Virus record (IMG/VR): IMGVR_UViG_3300037466_003648
Location: 96,001 to 160,000 of that record
Strand: one strand, 5' to 3'
From: a virus
Taxonomy: Duplodnaviria; Caudoviricetes
Length of the DNA stretch: 64,000 bases
Below, piece after piece: positions 1 to 8,240 of the stretch (position 1 is the first letter of the stretch; every line of letters begins with the position of its first letter). The translations under genes and the position numbers were made by a program. The notes below the pieces were generated by a model. That model was given only the letters and a program-made list of their open reading frames with translations. It was not told the origin of the DNA and made no database searches.

Positions 1-123
1 GACCGCCCCGAGCTGCGAGAGCGGCTCGTGGCTATCGCCGAGCAGGCGTACAAGGATGCTGTGACTGCGTTGACGCCACCCCCGGCGCCCCAGCAGTCCG
101 CTCCGAGCAAGAAGAAGCGCTAA
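1..123 (+). CDS. 3' end of a gene truncated by the window edge
   Basis: Open frame from position 1 to TAA at 121-123 (DRPELRERLVAIAEQAY...KKKR), followed directly by the next ATG. Confidence 0.6.
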   Translation, partial: DRPELRERLVAIAEQAYKDAVTALTPPPAPQQSAPSKKKR

Positions 124-125
124 CC

Positions 126-500
126 ATGGCCACCCTGATCATTCCTGTCAGCGAGCAACCTTACCTGCTCATTCTCCCGACTGGGTACGACTCGCTGCAC
201 ATCGGTGGTGTTCCCATCGAACCCAGCTCTGCTACGGACTTGGCAGCCATGCTGTTCGCTAATCCCTTCCTGCCACCGCCCAGGTTCCCCTTTGCCCAGG
301 TCATCGACCGAGCCGAGGTGAAACTGGTGGTGCCTGACACGCTGGCCCAGGTCATCGTCAAGAACCTCGCCACCGGCCACGGTAGGATTGTCCTGGCGCC
401 GGTGGATACAGTTATTGACACGCACGATCAGGTCCACATCACGGACCCCTTGCAGTCGTTGACCTTGACCACCTACTACGGCACCTTTTACATCATCTAA
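126..500 (+). CDS. hypothetical protein
   Basis: 124-aa ORF packed between neighbouring genes; no recognised motif. Confidence 0.6.
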   Translation: MATLIIPVSEQPYLLILPTGYDSLHIGGVPIEPSSATDLAAMLFANPFLPPPRFPFAQVIDRAEVKLVVPDTLAQVIVKNLATGHGRIVLAPVDTVIDTHDQVHITDPLQSLTLTTYYGTFYII

Positions 501-509
501 GGAGCACCC

Positions 510-1631
510 ATGTTCGTTCGCATCCAGAGCGCTGACCGCCTCGCCAAGGCGCTGGGTTCCGCCAACAGCGCCATCACGGCGAAGGGCACGGACAACCCGA
601 TCCCGAACTCGATGCTCTTGGAAGCACAGGGCGAAGAGCTGACCATCACCGTCGTCGACACGAGCAGCCACCAGCTCAAGTTGGTGGTTCCGGCGGAGGT
701 GAACCTGCCCGGCTCCGTCATGTTACCGGGTGACTACTTCACCAAGATCATCGCGCGACTGGGCAACCAGCCCGTGGTGCTCAAGACCGAAGGCAGTCAG
801 CTGCACGCCCAGTCGGGTGCGAGTGACACGCACAAGTTCGATCTGACGCAAGGCGATCCCGAGGACTTCCCTCTGGAGACGGACCTGCCGCCCATCATGG
901 GGACGGTCGACGGCGACGGGTTGCACGAGGCACTGAAGGCGGTGCTGAAGGCAGCCACCGAAGCCGAGCAGGAGGTCATCTTCCACAGCGAGACGGGCAC
1001 CCTGGCGATCTACACCTCGCACTGGATCAGCTGCCGCTCGCGGTTCCAGATGATCGATATCGCGCAGGCGTTCACCTTCGCGGTCAAAAAGACGGCCATC
1101 GCCGGAGGTCGCCTCCCCCAGTGGAGTGGTCCGGTCAACATCCACCACGAGGACGGCAAGGCCGCGTTCAGTCAGGGCAACGAGCACCTGCTGATCAAGA
1201 TGCCACCGACCGAGATCGACATCGAGGGGCTGGACGCCATCATCTCCGTGAGCCCGATCGGCCACCTGGTCGTGCACACGGCGACCATCCGCAACCGCAT
1301 CCACACCATCGCCATCGGCAAGCAGCGCTGCGTCATCAAGACTACCGGCAAGGCGCAGAAGAAGCTGCAGATCGTGGCGGAGACCAGTGGCTCCGGTGGC
1401 TCGCGGATGGAGGTGCCCATCAACGGCGAGATTCGGGGCAGCGTACCCGAAGTTCACCTGAGCGTCGAGTTGCTGGAGAAGGCGCTCGCGACGGTAGATG
1501 GCGACGACATGCGTCTGGAGTTCATCGACTACGATGGCACCGGGCAGAGCATCGCCGTGCGGATCTCCAATGATGGCAACCCGGAGAAGCGGCAGACATT
1601 CGTGTTGCCCTTGCAGGATACCCAACAATAA
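510..1631 (+). CDS. dnaN: DNA polymerase III beta sliding clamp-like protein
   Basis: 373 aa; N-terminus (NPIPNSMLLEAQGEELTITVVD...PGSVMLPGDYFTKII, GDPEDFP) follows the DnaN pattern; AAGGAG RBS. Confidence 0.8.
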   Translation: MFVRIQSADRLAKALGSANSAITAKGTDNPIPNSMLLEAQGEELTITVVDTSSHQLKLVVPAEVNLPGSVMLPGDYFTKIIARLGNQPVVLKTEGSQLHAQSGASDTHKFDLTQGDPEDFPLETDLPPIMGTVDGDGLHEALKAVLKAATEAEQEVIFHSETGTLAIYTSHWISCRSRFQMIDIAQAFTFAVKKTAIAGGRLPQWSGPVNIHHEDGKAAFSQGNEHLLIKMPPTEIDIEGLDAIISVSPIGHLVVHTATIRNRIHTIAIGKQRCVIKTTGKAQKKLQIVAETSGSGGSRMEVPINGEIRGSVPEVHLSVELLEKALATVDGDDMRLEFIDYDGTGQSIAVRISNDGNPEKRQTFVLPLQDTQQ

Positions 1632-1635
1632 AGGC

Positions 1636-1664
1636 TTGACGGATCGTCTGGTAGGAGCTACAGT
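1636..1664 (+). promoter_or_regulatory. sigma70-like promoter upstream of the first HU gene
   Basis: TTGACG-17 nt-TACAGT in an intergenic gap. Confidence 0.65.
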
Positions 1665-1719
1665 AGTCCGGTAACCACTACCCATCTACTTCTCCCTAGG
1701 GAGTAAGAGGAGGACATCC

Positions 1720-1998
1720 GTGAACAAGGCCGAGCTGATCGACGCCATCGCCGCCAAGACCAAGCAGTCCAAGAAGGACACCGAGGAGACCCTGACCGTC
1801 GCGCTCGACGTCATCGCCACCTCCGTCCTGAAGGGCAACAAGGTCCAGCTGAAGGGCTTCGGCACCTTCGAGCAGGTGGAGCGTGCCGCGCGTAACGCCA
1901 AGAACCCCCGCACCGGCGCCGAGATCCAGGTGCCCGCCAAGAAGGTTGCCCGCGCCAAGCTGAGCTTCGGCAAGGAGCCCAAGTCCGCCAAGGCGTAG
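1720..1998 (+). CDS. hup: HU family DNA-binding protein
   Basis: NKAELIDAIA...VQLKGFGTFE...RAARNAKNPRTG is the HU signature; GTG start with GGAGG RBS. Confidence 0.92.
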   Translation: MNKAELIDAIAAKTKQSKKDTEETLTVALDVIATSVLKGNKVQLKGFGTFEQVERAARNAKNPRTGAEIQVPAKKVARAKLSFGKEPKSAKA

Positions 1999-2014
1999 AC
2001 CTTCGCCACCCGCC

Positions 2015-2050
2015 AGGCGGGGTCGACTTGTTCGACCCCGCCTTTCACTT
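2015..2050 (+). terminator. intrinsic terminator after HU
   Basis: 12-bp perfect stem AGGCGGGGTCGA/TCGACCCCGCCT followed by TTCACTT. Confidence 0.75.
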
Positions 2051-2060
2051 GAGAGAGCCC

Positions 2061-2696
2061 ATGACCCAAACCGCTCTGACCATCGCCTGTACAGGTACCC
2101 ACTGCTCCGGCAAGTCCACGCTGACCAACGCGCTTGCCAAGCGTCTGCAGCTAGACCCCATCAACATCAGTCGCCCGACCACGGCTGCCCAGCAGCTGGG
2201 CTACGTCAAGGCGGCGGATGTGCCGCCAGAGCAGGTGCAGCTCTTCCAGTGGATGGGGTTGATGGAGCAGATTCACCAGGAGCGCATCCGGCTGGAGCGT
2301 CCTCTGCCTAAGCTAGCGGATGAGCAGCCTAAGATCGGACCCCTCGTGTATACCACGTTGCGTCCTGGCTTCGTGTCGGATCGTGCTACCATCGACTTCC
2401 TGGCGTACTACGCCTACCGGTTGCCGGTGGACGAGCGCGTGCCGACTTACAACGACCTGGTCCTGGCGTACGCTCGCAAGTACAGCGTCATCTTGTACCT
2501 GCCCCCGAACCCCAACGGCGTCGAGGATGACAACCGCCGGTTCGTCGAGGGCACGGAGCAGATCGACAAGAACATCACCAAGATCCTGGGCATGTGGTCC
2601 AAGGGACTGCCGCCGGTGATCACCGTGCCTTGGCTCCCCATCGAGGAGCGCACCAACTTCGTCATCGACGAGCTGACCCGCCTCAAGCTCATCTAG
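2061..2696 (+). CDS. P-loop nucleotide kinase, AAA_28/NadR-like (copy 1)
   Basis: Walker A GTHCSGKST, DRATIDFLAY, EDDNRR; start reassigned to ATG 2061. Confidence 0.75.
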   Translation: MTQTALTIACTGTHCSGKSTLTNALAKRLQLDPINISRPTTAAQQLGYVKAADVPPEQVQLFQWMGLMEQIHQERIRLERPLPKLADEQPKIGPLVYTTLRPGFVSDRATIDFLAYYAYRLPVDERVPTYNDLVLAYARKYSVILYLPPNPNGVEDDNRRFVEGTEQIDKNITKILGMWSKGLPPVITVPWLPIEERTNFVIDELTRLKLI

Positions 2697-2704
2697 GAGG
2701 ACCC

Positions 2705-4186
2705 ATGCTTCCCGATCTCTGGCTGGCGAACTCGCGCGTGCGGTCGCTCTGGAAGGACAAGTTCCCGGAGCAGCCCAAGATCGCGCTGGTCAACCTGGCC
2801 GAGGCGTTGTTCGGGACGGCTGACCTCACCCGCAACCAGGTCTCCATCCTCATCAACACGCTGGCCGAGGCCACGGTGTGGCCGACGGGTGTGGCCGACG
2901 ATGGCATCGACGTGACCATGCCGGACGAGATGTACGGCGAGGAGTACGTGGCCGCGGCGAATCACCCGAGTGCTAACGTCGAGACGTGGGTGCTCGAAGT
3001 CCTCTCGATGCTGCTCGCGATCCCGAACGACGTGAGCGTGCTCGACCTCTACTGTGGGGACGGCACGCTGCTCGACGTCTTGCCGGAAACCTCCTTCTAC
3101 GAAGGGCACGATCCCAATCCGGTTCACGTCGCACGCGCCCGGCGCGCTCACCCGGAAGCGATGATCCGTCACACGGATCTAACGCAACTGGTGAACCAGG
3201 AAGTAGACACTACCTACGGGTTGGTGTTCTGCCACACGACCGTGCAGCGGAGCGAAACCGCGCCCACCTGCTTGGAGCTGCGTCCTCATCTGGAAGCGGC
3301 AGCTGCTCGTCAGCGGAGTCTCCTGGAGGACGTACCCACCCAGCGTGAGCACAGCGAACCCGGCTACCGCATGGGTTGGGCGATGGCCGAAGCAGCGGTC
3401 AAGGCGTGCGTGCCTGGTGGCATCGTTGCCATTGCCAGCCTGAGCCAGCGCGACTTCGTACTGGACTACCTGCGCTCCAAGGGCACGGTGCTGGCTCAGA
3501 TCGGCTCGCAAGAAGCGATGCTGACGCTCACGATCTTCCGCAAGATGCGCGTCAAGAACCACGTCGAGGAGGACATCTTCCTGCCGACGCTGGACGAGGT
3601 GCGCGAATGGGCGGCGACTCGCGGCGTGCTCGCGCGCGTGCCGGTCTGTCCAGACGATCCTCGTCCCATGGTGATCCGACCGTGGGACATTCAGCTCACC
3701 CCCAACCCGGCAGGCAAGAAGTTCGGCAACTGCGCTCTGGGGCGTGATGCCGAACTGTACCTTGCCAAAGGCCGCGTGGGTGTGCGCTGGGCGGACCGTC
3801 TGGTGGCCTTCGAGTGGGCGCAGCATCAAGCGCTGACTGCACCGCCGGAGGAGTCGTGGGATAAGACCGTGGCGCGCTTCAACGAGCGGCTGACGCCGGA
3901 GTCCTACCTGCGTCTGCGGCAGGGCAACCTCAACGTCATGTTGAACCTGCCGCCTGCCTACACGGTGCGGGAAGACCCCGCGCTGGGTACGCATATGGGT
4001 AAGTTAGGTCGTCGCTTGGAGCGTGCCCAGCTCAGCTACCCGGAGAAGACGACCCTCGACAATCGGTACTACACGCTGGGCGTCGGGTCGGTCCTGATGC
4101 AGGGCGAGGACCGGTACGAAGTGCGCTTCTCCGAGCCGGACTTCTCCAACTCCAAGCCGCCCAAGGTCCATATCGAGAAGGTCTAA
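2705..4186 (+). CDS. SAM-dependent methyltransferase-fold protein with atypical catalytic motif
   Basis: Motif I VLDLYCGDG; motif IV position reads VFCHTT rather than NPPY/F; AGGAGG RBS before ATG 2705. Confidence 0.55.
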   Translation: MLPDLWLANSRVRSLWKDKFPEQPKIALVNLAEALFGTADLTRNQVSILINTLAEATVWPTGVADDGIDVTMPDEMYGEEYVAAANHPSANVETWVLEVLSMLLAIPNDVSVLDLYCGDGTLLDVLPETSFYEGHDPNPVHVARARRAHPEAMIRHTDLTQLVNQEVDTTYGLVFCHTTVQRSETAPTCLELRPHLEAAAARQRSLLEDVPTQREHSEPGYRMGWAMAEAAVKACVPGGIVAIASLSQRDFVLDYLRSKGTVLAQIGSQEAMLTLTIFRKMRVKNHVEEDIFLPTLDEVREWAATRGVLARVPVCPDDPRPMVIRPWDIQLTPNPAGKKFGNCALGRDAELYLAKGRVGVRWADRLVAFEWAQHQALTAPPEESWDKTVARFNERLTPESYLRLRQGNLNVMLNLPPAYTVREDPALGTHMGKLGRRLERAQLSYPEKTTLDNRYYTLGVGSVLMQGEDRYEVRFSEPDFSNSKPPKVHIEKV

Positions 4187-4188
4187 CC

Positions 4189-4755
4189 ATGCAACTCCCA
4201 GCCCACCGTGGTGGCGGTCCCCGACTCGAAGCGTTGAGGCACTTGGCAGCGGATGTTCGCGAGGACCCTTGTCTTCGGCTCTTCGCGTTGGTCGTCTTGT
4301 CGATTGCTGGGATGGCGGACGTGCGGGAGATGCCCTTCGTGGTGGAGGGTCGGAATGACCTGAAGCGGGAGTTCGTAGAGACCCAAACCATCCTGCTGGG
4401 TACGGACCAGCGTCAGGTCTTCGTGGAACTGCACAAGATGATGGGCAAGCACGGACGGGCGCGTGCCTGCATCAAGGTCGGCGTCTACCGCAATGGCAAC
4501 ACCCTGCGCCTCACCCGCGATGGCGCGTTGGTGCACGAGGACGACCCGGCGTGGGACGATGCCACCAAGTACTGGACGTTGGACGAGAGTCACATGGACG
4601 AGATCGGTCCGGTGTCACGCAAGATCGCGTTGACCTTGATCGAGTGCGGCATGTGGCACTCGACCGACATGGGTGGGTTGATGCCTCGTTGCGAGACCTG
4701 CCCCCACCAGCTCACCTGCATGGTGGTGCCCCAGTACTTGATCAAGCGGTCCTGA
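4189..4755 (+). CDS. hypothetical protein with C-terminal 4-Cys module
   Basis: C-x14-C-x2-C-x5-C at the C-terminus; contiguous with neighbours. Confidence 0.65.
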   Translation: MQLPAHRGGGPRLEALRHLAADVREDPCLRLFALVVLSIAGMADVREMPFVVEGRNDLKREFVETQTILLGTDQRQVFVELHKMMGKHGRARACIKVGVYRNGNTLRLTRDGALVHEDDPAWDDATKYWTLDESHMDEIGPVSRKIALTLIECGMWHSTDMGGLMPRCETCPHQLTCMVVPQYLIKRS

Positions 4756-4758
4756 TCC

Positions 4759-5238
4759 ATGGTAGACTCTCATCCTACCCTCGATCATGAGTTGCGGGAC
4801 GCGATCCTGAAGCCTCTGGTTGCCAAGCTTCTGTCGGCGTCGTTCCACCAGAATCTGCTGGGTTTGGGAGACTTCCGAGTGGGGCACGATCTGACCATGG
4901 GTCGGGTCGAGATCGAGGTCGAGAACCCCCGTTACTTCATCGTCCTGATCTACCAGCTCGTGCCCACCATCGAGGTCGTGGTGACCATCACCCGCGGCAC
5001 CAAGTCGGGCGGCACCTCGCGCAAACTGCTCTACTACCTGGGGTCGGATGGTCGGCTCATGACCGAGCGCACACCCTGGCCGGGCAGCGCCGTAACAGCT
5101 GACCGGTTGTGGGATGTGATGATTGTCTGTGGGCTGGGCGCCATCCGCGAGCGTCGTGGTACCCAGGAAGCGCACTGTGACAAGTGTGCCTACCAGTTCT
5201 CCTGTTTGACGGACAAACCCTTGTCGAGGAAGCGCTAA
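4759..5238 (+). CDS. hypothetical protein with C-terminal 4-Cys module
   Basis: C-x15-C-x2-C-x5-C at the C-terminus; TAATG coupling to the next gene. Confidence 0.65.
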   Translation: MVDSHPTLDHELRDAILKPLVAKLLSASFHQNLLGLGDFRVGHDLTMGRVEIEVENPRYFIVLIYQLVPTIEVVVTITRGTKSGGTSRKLLYYLGSDGRLMTERTPWPGSAVTADRLWDVMIVCGLGAIRERRGTQEAHCDKCAYQFSCLTDKPLSRKR

Positions 5239-5900
5239 TGCCCACCCCCAAGAATTGTAAGCTGTGTAAGCTCGGCTGCGGCAAAGCGGTCCCCGGTCAC
5301 GGCCCCAAGGCGCCGCGGCTGATCGTGGTGTCGGACTACCCCGGCAAGAACGAGACCGAGCAGGGGCTGAACATGGTCGGCAAGGCAGGTCAGCTGATGC
5401 GCTCCGCGCTGAAGAACGTGGTCGGTGTCGATCCCGAGACCGAGGTCTTCTTCATGAACGTCATTCGGTGTGAGCCAGGCGATCAGAAGGTGACTCCCGC
5501 GATGCTCACCTCGTGCCGTCGCTGGACGCAGGAAGACCTGCGCGAGGTCGACTGCAACCTGATCCTGATCGCGGGTGCCCAAGCGTTCGAGACCATGCTG
5601 CCGAACATCTACGAGCAAGAAAAGCTCAAGGACAAGAAGTTCGGTGTGGGTCATGCACACGGCTCGGTCTATCAGCATCTGGGCAAGACCTACATGGTCA
5701 CCTGGAACCCGGCTGCGATTGAAGCCAATTCCTTCCGCGCACCGGACGGCAACATCCTCAAGATCCTGGATGGGTTGCCTAAGAAGGCAGAGCTGTCCAC
5801 CTGCTTCCCGACCGGCTCGATGCCCAAGCTGTTCGTTCAAGACCTCGAACGACTCAAGATGATTGTGGAGACGCACTATGGAATCCCAGCTCAAGCGTGA
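5238..5900 (+). CDS. uracil-DNA glycosylase family 4-like protein
   Basis: CxxC...VPGHG...DYPGKNE...VGKAGQLM...NVIRCEP...C matches the family-4 UDG Fe-S pattern. Confidence 0.85.
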   Translation: MPTPKNCKLCKLGCGKAVPGHGPKAPRLIVVSDYPGKNETEQGLNMVGKAGQLMRSALKNVVGVDPETEVFFMNVIRCEPGDQKVTPAMLTSCRRWTQEDLREVDCNLILIAGAQAFETMLPNIYEQEKLKDKKFGVGHAHGSVYQHLGKTYMVTWNPAAIEANSFRAPDGNILKILDGLPKKAELSTCFPTGSMPKLFVQDLERLKMIVETHYGIPAQA

Positions 5901-6159
5901 AGTCGCCGTCGATGCGACGCATGACTTCGGCATCACCCACAGCCACGAGAACGCCAACATCTTGGCAGACGCTATCCGTCAGCAGGTGCAAGAGCGCTAC
6001 GATGCGGGGTACAACCTGGACGGCATCATCCCCGACATCGGTTCGGACGACAGCCACTACCCCTACGCCTTCCTGATCTTCAGCCGCCCCCAACCCACCG
6101 AGATCGACGATGCCTACGAGGTTCGTCCGGTCACCCGTCCCCGAAAGGACAAGTCATGA
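5878..6159 (+). CDS. hypothetical protein
   Basis: Small ORF with GGAG RBS; ATGA overlap with the next gene. Confidence 0.55.
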   Translation: MESQLKREVAVDATHDFGITHSHENANILADAIRQQVQERYDAGYNLDGIIPDIGSDDSHYPYAFLIFSRPQPTEIDDAYEVRPVTRPRKDKS

Positions 6160-6911
6160 GCCTCTCCATCAACCTGCTCACCACCGTTGCTCCCGCCGTC
6201 CAGTGCTCTGCCTGTGGGCAGTGGCACGGCATCGATGCTGCGAGCTACATTACGATCGTCGGCGACATCCGCCTGGGCGCCAACTTCAGCATCTATCCGA
6301 CCAATCTCGATGAGAGCGGCCGGGTGGAGAAGGCCACGATCCTGTGTCGCAACGACAAGTGCACCCTCGCCTTGATGGAAGCGCTGACGAAGGCGGACCC
6401 CGACTACGAGAAGATCGCGGATCGTACGCGCGCCTGGCGGCCCCAGTTCGACCAGCCGACTACTACGCGCGAGAAGGCGGTACTCCTGACGCCTGCACCG
6501 GTTGGTAGTCCTTGGGACTACGTGCCCTCTGTTCCGCCGGGCACGCCTTTGGATGATGGCCCCTTGATCCTGAACGCCCAGCAGCAAGCCGCGGTAGATG
6601 CGTTGGCCGAGCACCTGGTCAAGACGACCGAGCCGGTCACCAAGGAGATGATCGAGGAGGCCATCAGCGCCACGATCGTCCCCGCCGACCAGCGGAAAGC
6701 CATGGACGCGGCGTTGCCTGCCGAGCCTGCTCCCTCGATCGAGAGGTCCGTGGGTGATCCCCTCGTTGGGGTGCCCTTGGGTGACCCGGCCAACGTGGAG
6801 GTCGCCACGAGCCCCGAGGACCCTACGCCTGCTACTTCTGCGGCCAGCGATGCTGGGACTCCTGCGGCATCGAGTTCTACGAACTCCGATGACGACATCC
6901 AGAAGTTCTAG
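6156..6911 (+). CDS. hypothetical protein with N-terminal CxxC and acidic Pro-rich tail
   Basis: CSACG motif; low-complexity C-terminus. Confidence 0.6.
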   Translation: MSLSINLLTTVAPAVQCSACGQWHGIDAASYITIVGDIRLGANFSIYPTNLDESGRVEKATILCRNDKCTLALMEALTKADPDYEKIADRTRAWRPQFDQPTTTREKAVLLTPAPVGSPWDYVPSVPPGTPLDDGPLILNAQQQAAVDALAEHLVKTTEPVTKEMIEEAISATIVPADQRKAMDAALPAEPAPSIERSVGDPLVGVPLGDPANVEVATSPEDPTPATSAASDAGTPAASSSTNSDDDIQKF

Positions 6912-7111
6912 TGAAAGGACCGGACAGCTGGGAGGGTCGGCCCCGCGACATCGAGACGATTGCTGTCAGCAAGCTTTCGCCCGACCTACGTGCTGACTTC
7001 AAGCGGCTGATCGGGAAGCGACGCTGGACCACCTCCACGGAGGTCCAGCGTCTGCTCGACCTCCGCAAGATTCGCTTCAAGCAAGGAGACCCTGATGGCA
7101 GCCCTTCGTGA
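6911..7111 (+). CDS. small hypothetical protein
   Basis: 66 aa; GTG start overlaps the previous stop codon. Confidence 0.45.
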   Translation: MKGPDSWEGRPRDIETIAVSKLSPDLRADFKRLIGKRRWTTSTEVQRLLDLRKIRFKQGDPDGSPS

Positions 7112-7547
7112 TGGCTTCGCTCCTGCGATCGCGCAGGAGAAGACCGAGCTTCCCACCTACACCGTCCCGGAGAGCATCGACCTCTTCAAGTACCCACGGG
7201 TCATCCGCGACTTCGAGAAGCACCTGCGCAAGCTGCAGCGCCGCCTCGCCGAGGACGAGCGTATGCGCGATGCGCACCGCGACCTGCTTCACAGCACGGA
7301 GTGGCACGCGGGCGGCACCAACGACAAGCAGCGTGACAGCCGCTTCAAGGTGCTGCTCCAAACCGACCGGGTCTTCCAGGGACTGGAAGAGGGCATCATC
7401 GAGTTGTACTGGCACATCAAGGACGAAGAGGCCGAGTACAACAAGCTGATCAGCGAGTCCGTGAACGCCCGCCTGCGCTACCGCAACAACCTGGTAGCAG
7501 CCGAACTGTTCGCCGGTGTCCCGGTCAACCCCTTCGAGGACGAGTAG
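7095..7547 (+). CDS. hypothetical helical protein
   Basis: AAGGAG RBS; strongly GC3-biased codons. Confidence 0.65.
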   Translation: MAALRDGFAPAIAQEKTELPTYTVPESIDLFKYPRVIRDFEKHLRKLQRRLAEDERMRDAHRDLLHSTEWHAGGTNDKQRDSRFKVLLQTDRVFQGLEEGIIELYWHIKDEEAEYNKLISESVNARLRYRNNLVAAELFAGVPVNPFEDE

Positions 7548-7550
7548 CCC

Positions 7551-8240
7551 ATGTCCATCTTCGACCGCGATCCGCGCCAGCTCACTACTGAAGAACTGCT
7601 CAAGATGCCTGTAGCCGAGTTCAACAAACTCGACGTCAATAAGCTGAGCATGCGACAAATGATGGACATGTGGGCTATGTTCGAGGCCGAAGAGACACAA
7701 GCAGATCGTTACGCTCCGCAGAAGCTGTGGCACGATCGGGAAAGCCGAGCCCAGTGGGTCACTGCTGGGATCGAGCCGCCTGTTCAGATCCAACTTACCC
7801 GCACGGTCGCAGGCGTGTGGTATGATCAGACCGGTGCGTACTACACACCGGAGGAAGTCAACGATGGTGAGACGGCCGCCAACGCTGTTGGTCGCCGTCG
7901 GCGCAGCTTCCGGGAGAAGCTGGAGCATACGGATCGCCTATTGAATCAACTGACCATCAGGGTTGGTGATGTTCTCAGGAACCAGTCCAGTAACACCATT
8001 CGTCAGGTCGAACAGATCTGCCACCAGATGCAGCAAGAGATGAAGCGGCTGCAGCTGTTCGTCCCGACCTTCGAGATGACCAACCATGGGGCGAAGGGCA
8101 TCCACTTCGCGTTTAGCGGACCGCCCGACACCCCCGACTACTACGCCCTCAAGTACGGGACCGACGTCCAACCAGACCCCCACCACTTCCCTTCGTTCTG
8201 GTTGGACGAAGACGCCTTCAAGCCAAAGGACAAACCATGA
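7551..8240 (+). CDS. hypothetical protein
   Basis: 229 aa; ATGA overlap with the helicase gene. Confidence 0.65.
   Translation: MSIFDRDPRQLTTEELLKMPVAEFNKLDVNKLSMRQMMDMWAMFEAEETQADRYAPQKLWHDRESRAQWVTAGIEPPVQIQLTRTVAGVWYDQTGAYYTPEEVNDGETAANAVGRRRRSFREKLEHTDRLLNQLTIRVGDVLRNQSSNTIRQVEQICHQMQQEMKRLQLFVPTFEMTNHGAKGIHFAFSGPPDTPDYYALKYGTDVQPDPHHFPSFWLDEDAFKPKDKP

Noticed and set aside
1636-1720. Hairpin-embedded promoter and CTCCCTAGGGAG palindrome before the first HU gene as a separate finding
   Set aside because: The stems are short or bulged and could arise by chance, so this is kept only as weak support for the pattern at 18569, 33244 and 35961.
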